Positions 1 to 10,990 of a stretch of DNA of 64,000 nt are shown in pieces (position 1 is the stretch's first letter; every line of letters starts with the position of its first letter). A program made the translations under genes and the position numbers. The notes under the pieces are model-generated. The model was given only the letters and a program-made list of their open reading frames with translations. It was not told the DNA's origin and searched no databases. Source of the DNA: Corallochytrium limacisporum Hawaii (taxonomy: Eukaryota > Protista > Pluriformea); NCBI GenBank assembly GCA_002811645.1, contig PDIP01000001.1, forward strand, positions 289,403 to 353,402, written 5' to 3'.

Positions 1-54
1 ATCTTCTGTATGTTCTTTATTGGCTTGATTAATGACATGTATCTAGATCTCTGT

Positions 55-339
55 TTAGACTTTGAGAATGTGGCGCCGTTCCACCTTTAGTGTCGACTCG
101 CGCAAAATGGCCTTGTCCATATTATCAATTGCCGCAGTGCAGTCATCCAGGTCTTCATATTCAATGAAAGCCATGGGATTATGACTTTTTCTTTGTGTTT
201 CTGAGATCTCTATCGAAACAATTGGTCCGAAGGCATTAAAAAGTAGCTGCAGATCCTCATTTGTTACGTCCCCAGGAAGACCTCTCACGCATACTGTCCT
301 CTGGGCCCGTGCCTCATCACTTACGGCTGCTGATTCCAT
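55..339 (-). CDS. Stand-alone RRM protein resembling the N-terminal RRM of cyclophilin E (PPIE/Cyp33)
   Basis: 94 aa; RNP2-like VCVRGL, RNP1-like MAFIEY, and EDLDDCTAAIDNMD, which matches the PPIE RRM signature EDAAAAIDNMN; no cyclophilin domain. Confidence 0.75.
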   Translation of the reverse strand: MESAAVSDEARAQRTVCVRGLPGDVTNEDLQLLFNAFGPIVSIEISETQRKSHNPMAFIEYEDLDDCTAAIDNMDKAILRESTLKVERRHILKV

Positions 340-1407
340 GGTATTTAACCGGAGTCATCCAGTGAACTAGTACCTCCTGACAAGTCTGTGATTGATACCC
401 CAAATACGTTCATTGAGAACAGTGTGCGCAAGTGGCACCTTTCCGGAAAAAAGTCGCGTGAGGGCCCGTTGGCTTTAGTTTCGTCCGTGTACACAAATAG
501 GCCCCCGCTTGTGTCCCACTGGTAACTCGAGGAGATGTGAAGTCTCGCTTTGCGCTCAGAGAACTGCCAGTCGTTGGAGTGACAGTGAGCGGTTTAGCAA
601 AGGCCATGGCCCGGCTTAATTTCGAAACCGATGCCTAGAGTGTCAGCATCGGCGCCCAACTCCGCGGATCCGGCAGTGACGACTGCGACCCAGACATTGT
701 GCACATAGAAACATTATTGACGATCCTCGGGAAGTACGGTGATGCGTAGGGCATCCAAGACATTCGCATGGTCATGGCCCAATTGTTGTAGTGCAGTGAG
801 CTAGAACTGGAGTTTAAGCTGCCGTCTGCGTTAAACACGGGCAGTCTGGTCAAGGAGGTACTGGGCTTCCAGTGAGTAGCCTTAATAGTATATATCCACC
901 TACGCACAGGAATTGAGACGTCCACATTCATAATGCACCGGAGTATAGAGGCTCGAGTAACCGTGTACTGAAACTACTGTTTGTCTGTAGAATTGACAAC
1001 TTTTTTCTCTGACCCTCCTACGGTTTCTCCCTCTCGTCCCCCCTCCCTCGCGTTTGAGCTGCACAGTGCGAACCCGCCCCGTAGGACGGCGAGGGCCCAC
1101 GAGGACTGGAGCCCGTTGCCTGCTCGTGCCCGAGCAGGAACCCACCCGCATCAGCTTAATCAGTCTCTTTGTCCTCGCTCTCATCTCTTTCCTGTCGTAC
1201 GTGTCATAAATTTCTTTTTGTAGTTCTGCAAAGGTATTCCGGGAGCGACAGACTGGGTTTACCAATTTGGAGCTTCGAACTAGGAAAACCAGATCAGTTT
1301 ACCTAGTCAACCTAGTCACATCCACCAAGATTATGATACAGGCATAAGGAAAAGGAAGTACCTCGGGATACATCTTGCAAGCAGACACACGTATATAGGT
1401 GCCGAAG

Positions 1408-3246
1408 ATGGTCACCACACGTCGGGGCGCGGGGGTGCCAATTGAAACTGTGGCGGAGCCTACGAAACCGACAGAAACAGAAGAAATGAAGGACTTCAAC
1501 AAGACGGAAAGGAAATCGAGGAAGGACAAGAAAGAGAAAAAGGAAAGTAAGTCAAAGAAGGACAAGAAGCAAAGGAAGAATAAAAAAGCTTCTTCAGAGA
1601 AAGGGAGCGATCTGTCGAAGGACAAGGACAATATTAGGGATCAATCTGCGCAAGAAATAGCAAGTAACGGCACCAAGAGCCTGTCCGCCCTGCTCGTGCA
1701 GAACGATGATGACATAGATGAGGGCGTAGCCTCCCTTTTTACCGTTACCAAAGTCGACCCCTTTGCAGTGGTCAAAAAGCGTCAGGCGGATATCGAGAGC
1801 AAAATCGAAAAAGATCCTCTGGTTCGGTCCGCCCACGCGAAAAAAGAAGCAGTGAAAGAGGCTCGGGACGATGCCGAAAACGAGGATGCAGATGTGGACG
1901 TGGTCGGTGATGCAATTGATGAATTGAAAGCCGCAAAGAAGCCATGGATGGCCCGCTCCGAGGCTTCAGAAAAACGACAGGTTGATCCGAACCGCATTCA
2001 TCGCACTCTGTTTGTCGGTAACGTGGCCCTGAACACGCGCTCGAAGCATTTGATATCGCTATTCGAACGCCAAGGAGAGTGTGGCAAGGTGGAATCGGTG
2101 CGATTCCGATCAATTCCGATTGCTCAACCCAAGATTCCGCGCCTTGTGGCGCTGCAAAGCCGTGAATTTCATGAAAAACGGTCGAGTATGAACGCTTACG
2201 TCGTTTTTATGGAGCAGGAGAGCGTGACGAAAGCGATTGAACTGTTCCAGGGGCATGAGTTTAAGGACAAACACCTCAGGCTTGATTACGCAGCCGGGCA
2301 CTCGAATTCTGATCGCAGTAAATCCGATACCGACGGGTCCGGGCAGTCCAAGTTACCGATTGCTTCAAAGCAGCTTAACCCAAAGTCCGTATTTGTCGGC
2401 AATCTGCCCCTCGACGCTGAAGAGGAGGATTTGCGAACGCTCTTTGCTGAAGCGACAAAGTCCATGGTCCGTGATGCTCGCGTCATCCGTGATCGCAAGC
2501 TAGGAATTGGGAAGGGCTTTGGATATGTCACTTTTAATGATGCAGTTAGTGTGGCGGCGGCAAGTGCGTTGCATTTGCAGCTCAAGTACAAAGGACGGCC
2601 GTTGCGTGTCTTCCGCGTAAACGCCGAGCTCGCCAATGCAAGCGCTAAGGCTCGCGAATCAGCAGCAAAGAAAGGAAACAAAATCAAAACCACAACTGTG
2701 ACCAAGACTTCTGCTCCTGCGGCTGGATCAAAGAATTCAACTGCGACATCAATGATGGACGAAGATGTTCGGGCCGCGAAGAAGGTCATCCGTACCGCGC
2801 GACGGGCAGCACTGAAGGCCGGTAAGACGGAAGCTGAGGCTGCCGCTGCAGCAGAGCAGGCAAAGAAGGAACTCAAGAGTTCACTTAAGAGCGCTACCAA
2901 GGCCGCACTGAAGCGCAAGGCTAGGACCGAAGCAGATGCGAAGCGGCTTACCGCTGAGGCAGTGAAGAGGCGAATCGAACGGCGCATGCATAAGGACCGT
3001 TTCAACCACCGGGCGGGCGTGACCAAGCCAGGCAAGTCTGGCAAGAAGAAGTCAGGCGGCAGGGCCACGAAGACGCAGCTCGCGTGGGGACAGACGTCCC
3101 GGGCAAGTGGACAACAGCTCAAGAAGGTGGCACGACAGGAAAAGAGGCTCAAAAAGCGCAACTTGGCAACAGTGACGACCACAGCTGCCGGAGAAGGCGG
3201 AAAGAGTAAGAACAAGAAGGCTTCGTCCAAGAAGCACAAGAACTAA
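1408..3246 (+). CDS. NOP12: Nucleolar RRM protein Nop12/RBM34 (60S biogenesis)
   Basis: Two RRMs (RTLFVGNV...GKVESVRFRS...MNAYVVF; SVFVGNLP...RVIRDRKLGIGKGFGYVTF) with Lys-rich termini; VESVRFRS is typical of Nop12/RBM34. The first ATG is at 1408 (track start 1399 is GTG). Confidence 0.9.
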   Translation: MVTTRRGAGVPIETVAEPTKPTETEEMKDFNKTERKSRKDKKEKKESKSKKDKKQRKNKKASSEKGSDLSKDKDNIRDQSAQEIASNGTKSLSALLVQNDDDIDEGVASLFTVTKVDPFAVVKKRQADIESKIEKDPLVRSAHAKKEAVKEARDDAENEDADVDVVGDAIDELKAAKKPWMARSEASEKRQVDPNRIHRTLFVGNVALNTRSKHLISLFERQGECGKVESVRFRSIPIAQPKIPRLVALQSREFHEKRSSMNAYVVFMEQESVTKAIELFQGHEFKDKHLRLDYAAGHSNSDRSKSDTDGSGQSKLPIASKQLNPKSVFVGNLPLDAEEEDLRTLFAEATKSMVRDARVIRDRKLGIGKGFGYVTFNDAVSVAAASALHLQLKYKGRPLRVFRVNAELANASAKARESAAKKGNKIKTTTVTKTSAPAAGSKNSTATSMMDEDVRAAKKVIRTARRAALKAGKTEAEAAAAAEQAKKELKSSLKSATKAALKRKARTEADAKRLTAEAVKRRIERRMHKDRFNHRAGVTKPGKSGKKKSGGRATKTQLAWGQTSRASGQQLKKVARQEKRLKKRNLATVTTTAAGEGGKSKNKKASSKKHKN

Positions 3247-3492
3247 AATTGCCCAGCAATAAATGAAAGTGTTAAGTTCGTCAATCATTTATGCATATCA
3301 ACACAGTGGCCCAAAGGCATGGTCTATGGAAAACACATTGATTGGAGAAGCTATCATACTAAGAACGTTTGGCCTTTATGAGATGCATCGACTTTCTGCT
3401 TTGCCGAACATGATTGTGAGCCAAGAGATATTGAACTCAGTCATGCTAAGCACATGAATCCGGCGCAATGGAACAATTTAGGGTTTTGTAAT

Positions 3493-4902
3493 TTACTTGC
3501 TCTTCTTCTTCTTGAAGCTGAACTTCCTGCTCTTGCGTTTCTTCGCGGCTTCCTGGTCAATGCTCTGCAAAACGTTGGTAAATGGTGTTTGGGATGAAGG
3601 ATTGGCCAGAGAATCACTGGACGCCAGAGAATCTGTGGAAGCATCAGGATCGTCATTGATAGCACGCTTGTTGACCTTAGAGGTCATACCAGCGTCAGCC
3701 ATGACGGAGCGGATAAAAAACCAGCTGCGAATGGCATAGAGCGCCAGATTCACCATGATTGGATGGTCTGTTCCCAGCACCTTGCACATGACAGTCCAGA
3801 GGCCCATGACCATGGAGTAAGCGACATACAGCGCAGTGTCAACGATAAACTTACGAAAGGCGACGAAGAATAGGGCCAAGCATGCAATCTGAACGACTTG
3901 CATCAGCCAGTAGAGAGGCCTCTTTGCACGCTCACGCTTGGCGTGGGCACCCTTCACGTCTGCAGAAACGAGGTAGTCGTACACCTTGGAGTTCTTCTTT
4001 AAGTAGTCACAGGTGGCCTTGCAAATATTCTCTCCGTTCGCCATCTGTTTCATAATAGCCATCTGGTCCGTGGCCCGCACGTTCAGGTCCCGAATAAAAT
4101 TGAAGGCTTTTGGATTGGTATCCTCCAGACCTGGCCAGAGTACCTTGACGGCGGAGCTGACCTCCTCATGGCCACAGTCACCCGGAGTGCAGCTTTCACG
4201 ATGTGGTGGTAAGGACACCCGGCGCAGATTGTATGTCTCAAAGATGGGATGCGGATACCAAGCACCGAAGAAGATGGGCTTCTGTGCGTCGAGTGCTTTC
4301 GTCACTGTGGCCTCGAGGTCGTTCCAGTCTGCATAGGTCTTAGGCTTAAAGGCCGACGAAAATTGGGTCTTTAGCAGGGCTTCGTTGAATTGCTCACCAG
4401 CCCAATTGAAGTTATAGCCATGGTAGGTCTTATCGAGAGACTCAGCGATCTCATAGAGATCGTTTGGCGTAACCACTGTCTTACCTGGAAGTAGGTAGCT
4501 TGGTACGAAGAAGCCTTCATAACCGGAGACACCGAGAGCACCCGCAAATTGTACATCTTCGAGTTCAACGGTGTGCTTGTAAAGCTCATCGGAGGACGTA
4601 CCCCAGACCTCCAGAGAAGCGTGCACGTGACCATTGGCCAACTCATCCCAGGCCACAGACTCAGTCGTCTCAACTAGCTCAACCGGTACGCCAAGCTTCT
4701 CTTCCAGCAGAATTTTTGCGACGCCAGCTGTGATCTTGGCACCCTCCCAGCCGGGGACCGAGAGCTTCACGGGGGCTTCGACCTTGTCCACGGGATGGGG
4801 AAGACATTGCAAACTCTGAAAGCAACCAACATCCTCAGAACCCGGTGCGGCACTAATTACGACGGCAGCCCCTAACAGAGAAGCCACAACCACATGTATC
4901 AT
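3493..4902 (-). CDS. Glycine-betaine/ProX (OpuAC)-type substrate-binding domain protein with signal peptide, C-terminal TM segments and a dilysine tail
   Basis: Signal peptide MIHVVVASLLGAAVVISA from ATG 4902; GWEGAKITAGVAKILLEEKLG, WDELANGHVHASLEVW, GFFVPSY, PIFFGAWYPH and C...ACDYL are typical of betaine ABC binding proteins; hydrophobic segments near the C-terminus; ends KKKKSK. Confidence 0.8.
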   Translation of the reverse strand: MIHVVVASLLGAAVVISAAPGSEDVGCFQSLQCLPHPVDKVEAPVKLSVPGWEGAKITAGVAKILLEEKLGVPVELVETTESVAWDELANGHVHASLEVWGTSSDELYKHTVELEDVQFAGALGVSGYEGFFVPSYLLPGKTVVTPNDLYEIAESLDKTYHGYNFNWAGEQFNEALLKTQFSSAFKPKTYADWNDLEATVTKALDAQKPIFFGAWYPHPIFETYNLRRVSLPPHRESCTPGDCGHEEVSSAVKVLWPGLEDTNPKAFNFIRDLNVRATDQMAIMKQMANGENICKATCDYLKKNSKVYDYLVSADVKGAHAKRERAKRPLYWLMQVVQIACLALFFVAFRKFIVDTALYVAYSMVMGLWTVMCKVLGTDHPIMVNLALYAIRSWFFIRSVMADAGMTSKVNKRAINDDPDASTDSLASSDSLANPSSQTPFTNVLQSIDQEAAKKRKSRKFSFKKKKSK

Positions 4903-7900
4903 AGTGGATGGTGGATATTTAATTAACGACGCAACATAAAAGGAAGAAAGAGGAGGAACCGACAGAGAGGATGAGAGAAGTTTCTCTCGTTTAGTCTTTC
5001 CGATGTTTTCAGCCCTTATAATGAGACTGATGTGTGCCAGCTGGCGAATGCCACAACCATGGTTTCTCAATAACCTTCTCCGTCACGCTGTATAAGTGGC
5101 TTACTCTCTCTCTCTCTCTTTCTAATTGTCTCCAGCTTTCGCGACACCCATCGGACTGAACTACGCACACAAGATCGTTCCGGGACAAGGTGGTGCCCCT
5201 TTGCCTGTGCGCACTCAGTGTACCGTCTGCCACGCAAGTCGCTTCTCACTGCGGTGGTCCCGCCAGGCGCAAGGACCCCACCCTCACTGCAATTTCTAGA
5301 GGCCGCTGACAATGTCCCTCTTGGGGTTCACCACAAAAAAGTGTCTATACAATTAATACCGGTTACCGTCAGTCATTCCCAGACAAGGTTTGTTGAGGGG
5401 TTGGCTGCGCCCCCCCCCTGGCTCTCTCGCTCAATCGCCCGATGCTTGTCCCCTCCCCGGGGACCCCCTCTCTGTGCTGCGGGTGTGAAGAATCAGCCGC
5501 AGTGGACCTGTCGGTCACGAAGCCACGCAGATCGATGGTGCAGGTGAAAACACTCACGCCCGCGCACACACACACATAGCCAGCCAGACACACGCTTACG
5601 CTGTCCACCAAACCTCTCTACGAAACCAATCAACCAGCCAAACATCCGTCCGGGATATTTTTCATTCTTCGTGTTTCCTGCCCCGGAGGCGGAAGCAAAT
5701 CACCAACCTCACAAAGAAAAAGTCAAACGGTGCTCTCGTTTACCCGCCAACGCTGCGATCAACCGGCCACCTGGCCCGGGGCGAAATAACTTCTTGTCTA
5801 GAGGCGTGCCACCAAATTACACACAGTTTTTCCTTGCCGCGGCATCTCGTAGAACGGTGGCGGAGCATTGCACACAGAATCTCAACGATCGCCATGCCAT
5901 GGTTCCTACCCCACAGACCCGGCAATTTAATAATAGGTGTACTATTATTTGAATCAGCTTTCTACAACTTCCACTGAAAAATCAGGCCGTCATGCAGTTC
6001 TGCAAACAGAGACGTCCCAGCATTGGTTACTTCCTGTGCGCAATGTCCGTACTCAATGTATTGCAGCCTGTCCAACTGCCGCTCAAGTTTCGCCCCAATC
6101 CTGAGCGACGGCACTGTCGAAGGGTCCGTGCGTGTTTGCAGCACAGAGGCGCCAATTTCTCTTGAACGGGGCCGGTCGAGAGGAGTGGCAAGGAAGAAAA
6201 TACAGTCCAATTCACCCTCTCTCCAAAACTCCCTCTTCGCCCCTCTTTTCCTCCTCCCCAAGTGTTTCTCCTGGGTACTGAATGGATGGGAGAAGCAAAA
6301 GCGCTCCAACCCGCCCAGAGCCAGATGATCCGGAGAGCACCATGATTTGTTCATACGGAACTGGCAATGGTGCCGTTCAGCAGGACAGTCGCCCAGTTGA
6401 AATTCCAATTCCAACCGCATTGCGCTCCCCAAAGTAGGAGAGAACTGGTAGGGCTGAGAAAGTTTGTGGGACACCGGATGAGATGGGAAATAGTTTAAAG
6501 GTCGATTTCTCGTGATCTCGTGGACGAAGCCCATTCAGTGTTCACGCCCAGACTAATGCAAACGAGCCAAGGTTGTGTGACATGAACATCGTTATTAATA
6601 TCTCGAGCTCCACGAAAACGAGCTGGCAGGCATCCTCAATCATCAAGAACATCGAAACTTCGACCAGGCAGAAGGGTCATGACGCATGTCTTATCGTCTG
6701 CATTGTTGGTAGCTACGTCATGTGTCCCTGTTATCAAAGGGCCTATCCATTGACCTAGTTCTAGGTGAGATGACCGCATACGATCCACTTACATACAAAT
6801 AGCAGTCTTGGTCGTCTCCGGATTTCCCAATTTCCTCTCAGTATACGTATTATCATAGATCATGCCTCCTCTTCAGCTTCTATAGTCTTACGCCCTCATG
6901 GCGTATCAACCATAAATCAATCCTCTGGGATGATGACTCGATTGATCTTATGCGCTGCTGTGCTCCATTGGGATAGCCAACCCGTTACCAGGAGTAAAGG
7001 TCCTATCGTAGAGATCAAGGACATGATCCGTGAACGATTCATAACCAGGAACAGCCGCTTCTCAAATGCCTAGGGTACATGAACATCTATTTAATGTCAA
7101 GATGCAAGCTATCGGAACTGTCGTGAATCCCGTCCCCGTAGTGTTCAAATTACATCAAGTCGATTCACCATGCCCTTTATTGGAGTCCGCTGAGCGGCAT
7201 AGGATCGATAGGCCGAGAATTGTGCTTCAACTTATTCGACAATAATGACGGGGTCCATGTGAATCATGTGGATCACAAACTCACCCTAATCGCTATCCGA
7301 CCTACAGCTATCAGACATTGCTCTGCTGACTAAGGTTCGATGTGCTTCATTGATAATCAGTCGGCCATCGACAGAACATAAATTATGCCCAAGAATAATC
7401 CTAAGCCCTGTCCTACTAAAGGCATGCACGCAAGCGCAACGAGAAGAAAAAAAACCACAACCAAAACGTGCCTCTGACTGTGAGCGATTGGACCAGCTGA
7501 TTGTTCCCCGCTGGGAAACTAATTACTTGCATAGAGTGTGTGAGGCCAACCTTATGTCGCCACTTGTGCGAAGCGAGATTTGGATTCCTAGAATTATCAG
7601 TGTGAACTCCCGGTGAAGTCTTGTACACATTGAGTTTCTGTCTTCCGATTCAAACATGAACTGAAGAAGGCTCACCGAGAGAGGACTTTATCGCTCTTAG
7701 TGTGTACCGTCCATGGCTGCCACTACTGTCCATGGCTGCGGTTGTCATTGTTTCCTTGCCACCCTTCCATTGACCCTACCCACCCCAAGATTCCCAAGAT
7801 TTGAATTGACTTATTCGGTAACGTGAATGCGTAGTACAATAGTCCCTTTTTAGGACGGCAGTGAAAATGGATGGGAGAGGGCAATGTGGGTTATGGCTAC

Positions 7901-8228
7901 TGCTGCAGTATCAAAAGAGAGTAGGGCAGTAGTAGCTCGCATCAGGTTTTTGAATTTCATATCGTTTACTTCAGATTGCTTGGGCTTATCAACAGTCTGT
8001 TGTTAAATACCCTATCCTTTCGGACAATATCAACTGGATGATAGCATTGAATGACTCCCCTATGAACAAGCTTAGGAGGTTGAAGGAGAGCTTACTAGAG
8101 TCAGTCATATGCGCACCTCTCGCAAATGAACAGGTATTTAGGGGACATCATATCCAAGAAGACAAAGATAGAACCCAGAACTCACAGCATAGATCAAAAA
8201 TTCTTGCTACTTTGCCACAACATTAAGC

Positions 8229-8738
8229 ATGGTCGCTGCTGCAGTTGACAACGGATTCCTTGCACTCTTTGGAGCCAATCCCGCTCTCAGTGTGGACAAT
8301 GATTTTCACTTCGGGCCTATCAACCAGTACTACTGTGGTAATACCGCGACAGCCGTTGACATCGGAGTGTTCTGCCAGAGCTGGTACATCGAAGACGGGA
8401 CAAATCAAGTGACCTTTGCCTACCCGGCCGCCATTACCGGCAGCTTTAAAAGCGGCGAAGACGTCTGGCACCTGACACCCAGGCAGACTCCTGACCAAAA
8501 CGGTTGGATTAGTTGGGCCCAGAGTGTCCCTGTTGGTAAAGACAATACCTTTACGCTGGAAGTTGGGTTCGAGGGTGACAATGAGCGTCTGCTGGCGAAG
8601 CGAGCAAGCTTCCTTGAACCCCACCTTACCACGCCCATCCTATCGGCTCAAGCCGAGTATTTCTGGCTGCAATCAGTTGAGGATCCCGTGACAGACAACA
8701 AACTGTCCTGCACAGTTATTGCCATCCCCTATTGCTAA
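8229..8738 (+). CDS. Hypothetical 169-aa beta-rich protein (orphan)
   Basis: Open ATG-TAA frame with coding-like codon usage, an A-rich leader and a TATTTA box near 8135; no family recognised. Confidence 0.6.
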   Translation: MVAAAVDNGFLALFGANPALSVDNDFHFGPINQYYCGNTATAVDIGVFCQSWYIEDGTNQVTFAYPAAITGSFKSGEDVWHLTPRQTPDQNGWISWAQSVPVGKDNTFTLEVGFEGDNERLLAKRASFLEPHLTTPILSAQAEYFWLQSVEDPVTDNKLSCTVIAIPYC

Positions 8739-9217
8739 AGGCCATACATGTTCTCAGTCAGCATGCACTGTGGGCACAGATCTGCACTGCCACAAAGCGT
8801 TTCATCCGGGGTACACGAATATCAAACTTAGGTGTCTGAAATCAGGCCGTTCAAAGCAAACCCAATAGACTCTTCCCATATGTACAACCGAGACTGTTGA
8901 TTCACGCATAAGAAAATCGGAAATTACAACAGCCGCAGTGGTAGACTGGATTCCCCCAAATCAACGTCGGTCACGACCGAACATTGCCTTGTGCTATGGC
9001 CGCTGAACCAACAAACCCTGTGGAGTTAGGAAACTTCTATTGACATGCCGTGAATCTTCACGAGGTTTCTTCATCGGTGTCCACCCACCATGTTCTTGAT
9101 TTAATGTCTGATCGTGGTCAGGTCAAAATGTGTTTCAATTTTACAGATAGGACTTTATATGCAATGTCAGTAGAAGTATCTAACTGAAAACTGCCTTACA
9201 GTAATTTGCGGATACCG

Positions 9218-10327
9218 CTATACCCACTCTCCATCCACCAGCGTGATGATGTCATCCAGGCACAGCTCTATACAGTGCTCATACTGGCGGTCAGCCATGG
9301 GTTGCCATGTGCTACCGGGACCTACTGAGCTCCGATCGGTGATCTGCGCAATGAGTTCGTCAGGGTTGGAATCAAAGGCTGGCCCAAAATTTGCGGCGAC
9401 TTGGGCTCCACCATAGAGTGAAGCCGTTGGGAAGAGTAGGACACCGTCGGGTATAAGCATATCCCGGGGAAGGCAGCCCATGTAGTCACCGTTGCGAAAC
9501 AGGTAAACGTTTCCGATTCGGCCATCTCCTGTAGAACAGGTTGGTGGTGATGATGAGGGACGGTTTTTGAGCAATGTCGAGGATAACTGCATGACACAGT
9601 GATAAGAGTCTTCTCGGCTCTGCCCGTGCTCACTGGGCCGCTGCAGGATGAGTCCATGCCGGTGCAGGAGCAGTTCCGCCGTCGGGCACTCTAAACTCCT
9701 CAAATTTCCAAGTTCCTTTCTGCCAAAATCGATGAAGAAGCCAATGGTGTCCCCATCGCCGAAACTGGCGCTTTGGTCGGCGGTGGCCTTCCCTCGATCG
9801 GAAATAGGGTATGCAATCTTCCGTCTGTGCATTACACAGCCGTCCTTACTCCGCCAAGCCCAGCCCTCCGCATCAAACCCAACTGGTGCCAGAGAATCGC
9901 CCCACAGTGTACTCACGCCTAGACGCCAAGCAGGTGGATCATTGTGTGATTTCTGCGCGGGATCGCGGTTTCTATATGGATCTGTGACAGAGCACTTGAG
10001 CTCAAAGTACCAGCGCCCGTTCGTGACTCCATGTGTCGACCGTACACTTGCGTACCCATGCAGGGAATGCGCTGTTAATAGATCTTGGCTTAAGATACAA
10101 TGTCTTGACCTGTCAGACTGTGACCACGTGATGCGTTCCATCAGTCGTGGTCGCCAGCGAGGTGCCTCACGGGCATGGGGACAACGTTCGTGCAGGAACA
10201 AGCGGGACTCAATCCCATCGTGTACAAGTGCGAGCTCGTCCCTTTCATCAGTGTCTCTATCCTCAGCTACTTCGACGTTTCGCCTAGTCGCCCTCCTTTT
10301 CTTGAAGGAGCGCAGATCATCGTCCAT
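9218..10327 (-). CDS. ASH2: Set1/COMPASS subunit ASH2/Bre2 (SPRY domain plus DPY30-binding helix)
   Basis: GYASVRSTHGVTNGRWYFE, WRLGVS, APVGFD..GWAWRSKDG, FGDGDTIG, FPTASLY...ANFGPAF, and C-terminal PMADRQYEHCIELCLDDII (SDI/DBM-like). Confidence 0.9.
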   Translation of the reverse strand: MDDDLRSFKKRRATRRNVEVAEDRDTDERDELALVHDGIESRLFLHERCPHAREAPRWRPRLMERITWSQSDRSRHCILSQDLLTAHSLHGYASVRSTHGVTNGRWYFELKCSVTDPYRNRDPAQKSHNDPPAWRLGVSTLWGDSLAPVGFDAEGWAWRSKDGCVMHRRKIAYPISDRGKATADQSASFGDGDTIGFFIDFGRKELGNLRSLECPTAELLLHRHGLILQRPSEHGQSREDSYHCVMQLSSTLLKNRPSSSPPTCSTGDGRIGNVYLFRNGDYMGCLPRDMLIPDGVLLFPTASLYGGAQVAANFGPAFDSNPDELIAQITDRSSVGPGSTWQPMADRQYEHCIELCLDDIITLVDGEWV

Positions 10328-10384
10328 GACAGTTTCGTATTCCCAAGAGGAATAACTTGAAACTGTTCACGTTTCTTCTGAACT

Positions 10385-10425
10385 CTGCGGACACAACATT
10401 AGTATCCATTCCTTGCAACACTCAC
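10385..10425 (-). other. Predicted 41-nt spliceosomal intron in the ASH2 5' leader
   Basis: Minus strand GTGAGT-gttgcaaggaatgga-TACTAAT-gttgtgtccg-CAG: canonical donor, branch site and acceptor. Confidence 0.65.
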
Positions 10426-10481
10426 AAGATAGTTGTGCCACAGATCTTCTGATCCTTTTCATCAACGGTAGCCATTATTAC

Positions 10482-10521
10482 CTGAGCAGCGTGTTATTGC
10501 ATTCAATGCTGCACAGCTTAC
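10482..10521 (-). other. Predicted 40-nt intron in the ASH2 5' leader
   Basis: Minus strand GTAAGC...AATAAC-acgctgct-CAG. Confidence 0.5.
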
Positions 10522-10990
10522 TCGGTCTCCAATTGTGAGCACCAGCGCCATACTCCCCCACCCCCCCCGGCGCCATATCGGGCACGTCGTCAATCTCTGG
10601 ATCGTTGTCCTGATTCAAGAATATATTCTATTGGCATTACCAAACTCGTGAGTCGCCGGTCCGACACTGGAGGAACTGCAACGTCTCCATTTCCCTATTG
10701 AAAGTATTGCAGAGAGTGGGAGGCAGGTGTGCGCGTACCCAGAGGGGGGAAGAAAAAACTTTTTACTGTGTGGCCTACCCTTCCGCTCCTGCAGTGGGCA
10801 CACTGAACCTTCGCCACCGCTCCGAAAGTGTTCCATCCAACGTACCGAAATATCCTCTCTGTTGGTTGCCTTGACTGACTCGGCGTGCAAGACCCTTGGG
10901 CCTGAATGCTACCCCGCAGTTATGGAGAGAGCCTTGTAAATGGATCCCTATCGCAGACTCCACTTCTCTCAACTGCACACTGCACATGTC

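Noticed and set aside
2286-3239. 317-aa antisense ORF, and similar shadows inside DRS1, CTR9, ARP4, the NHL gene and EPHX
   Set aside because: Antisense or alternate-frame shadows of well-supported genes with biased codon usage.
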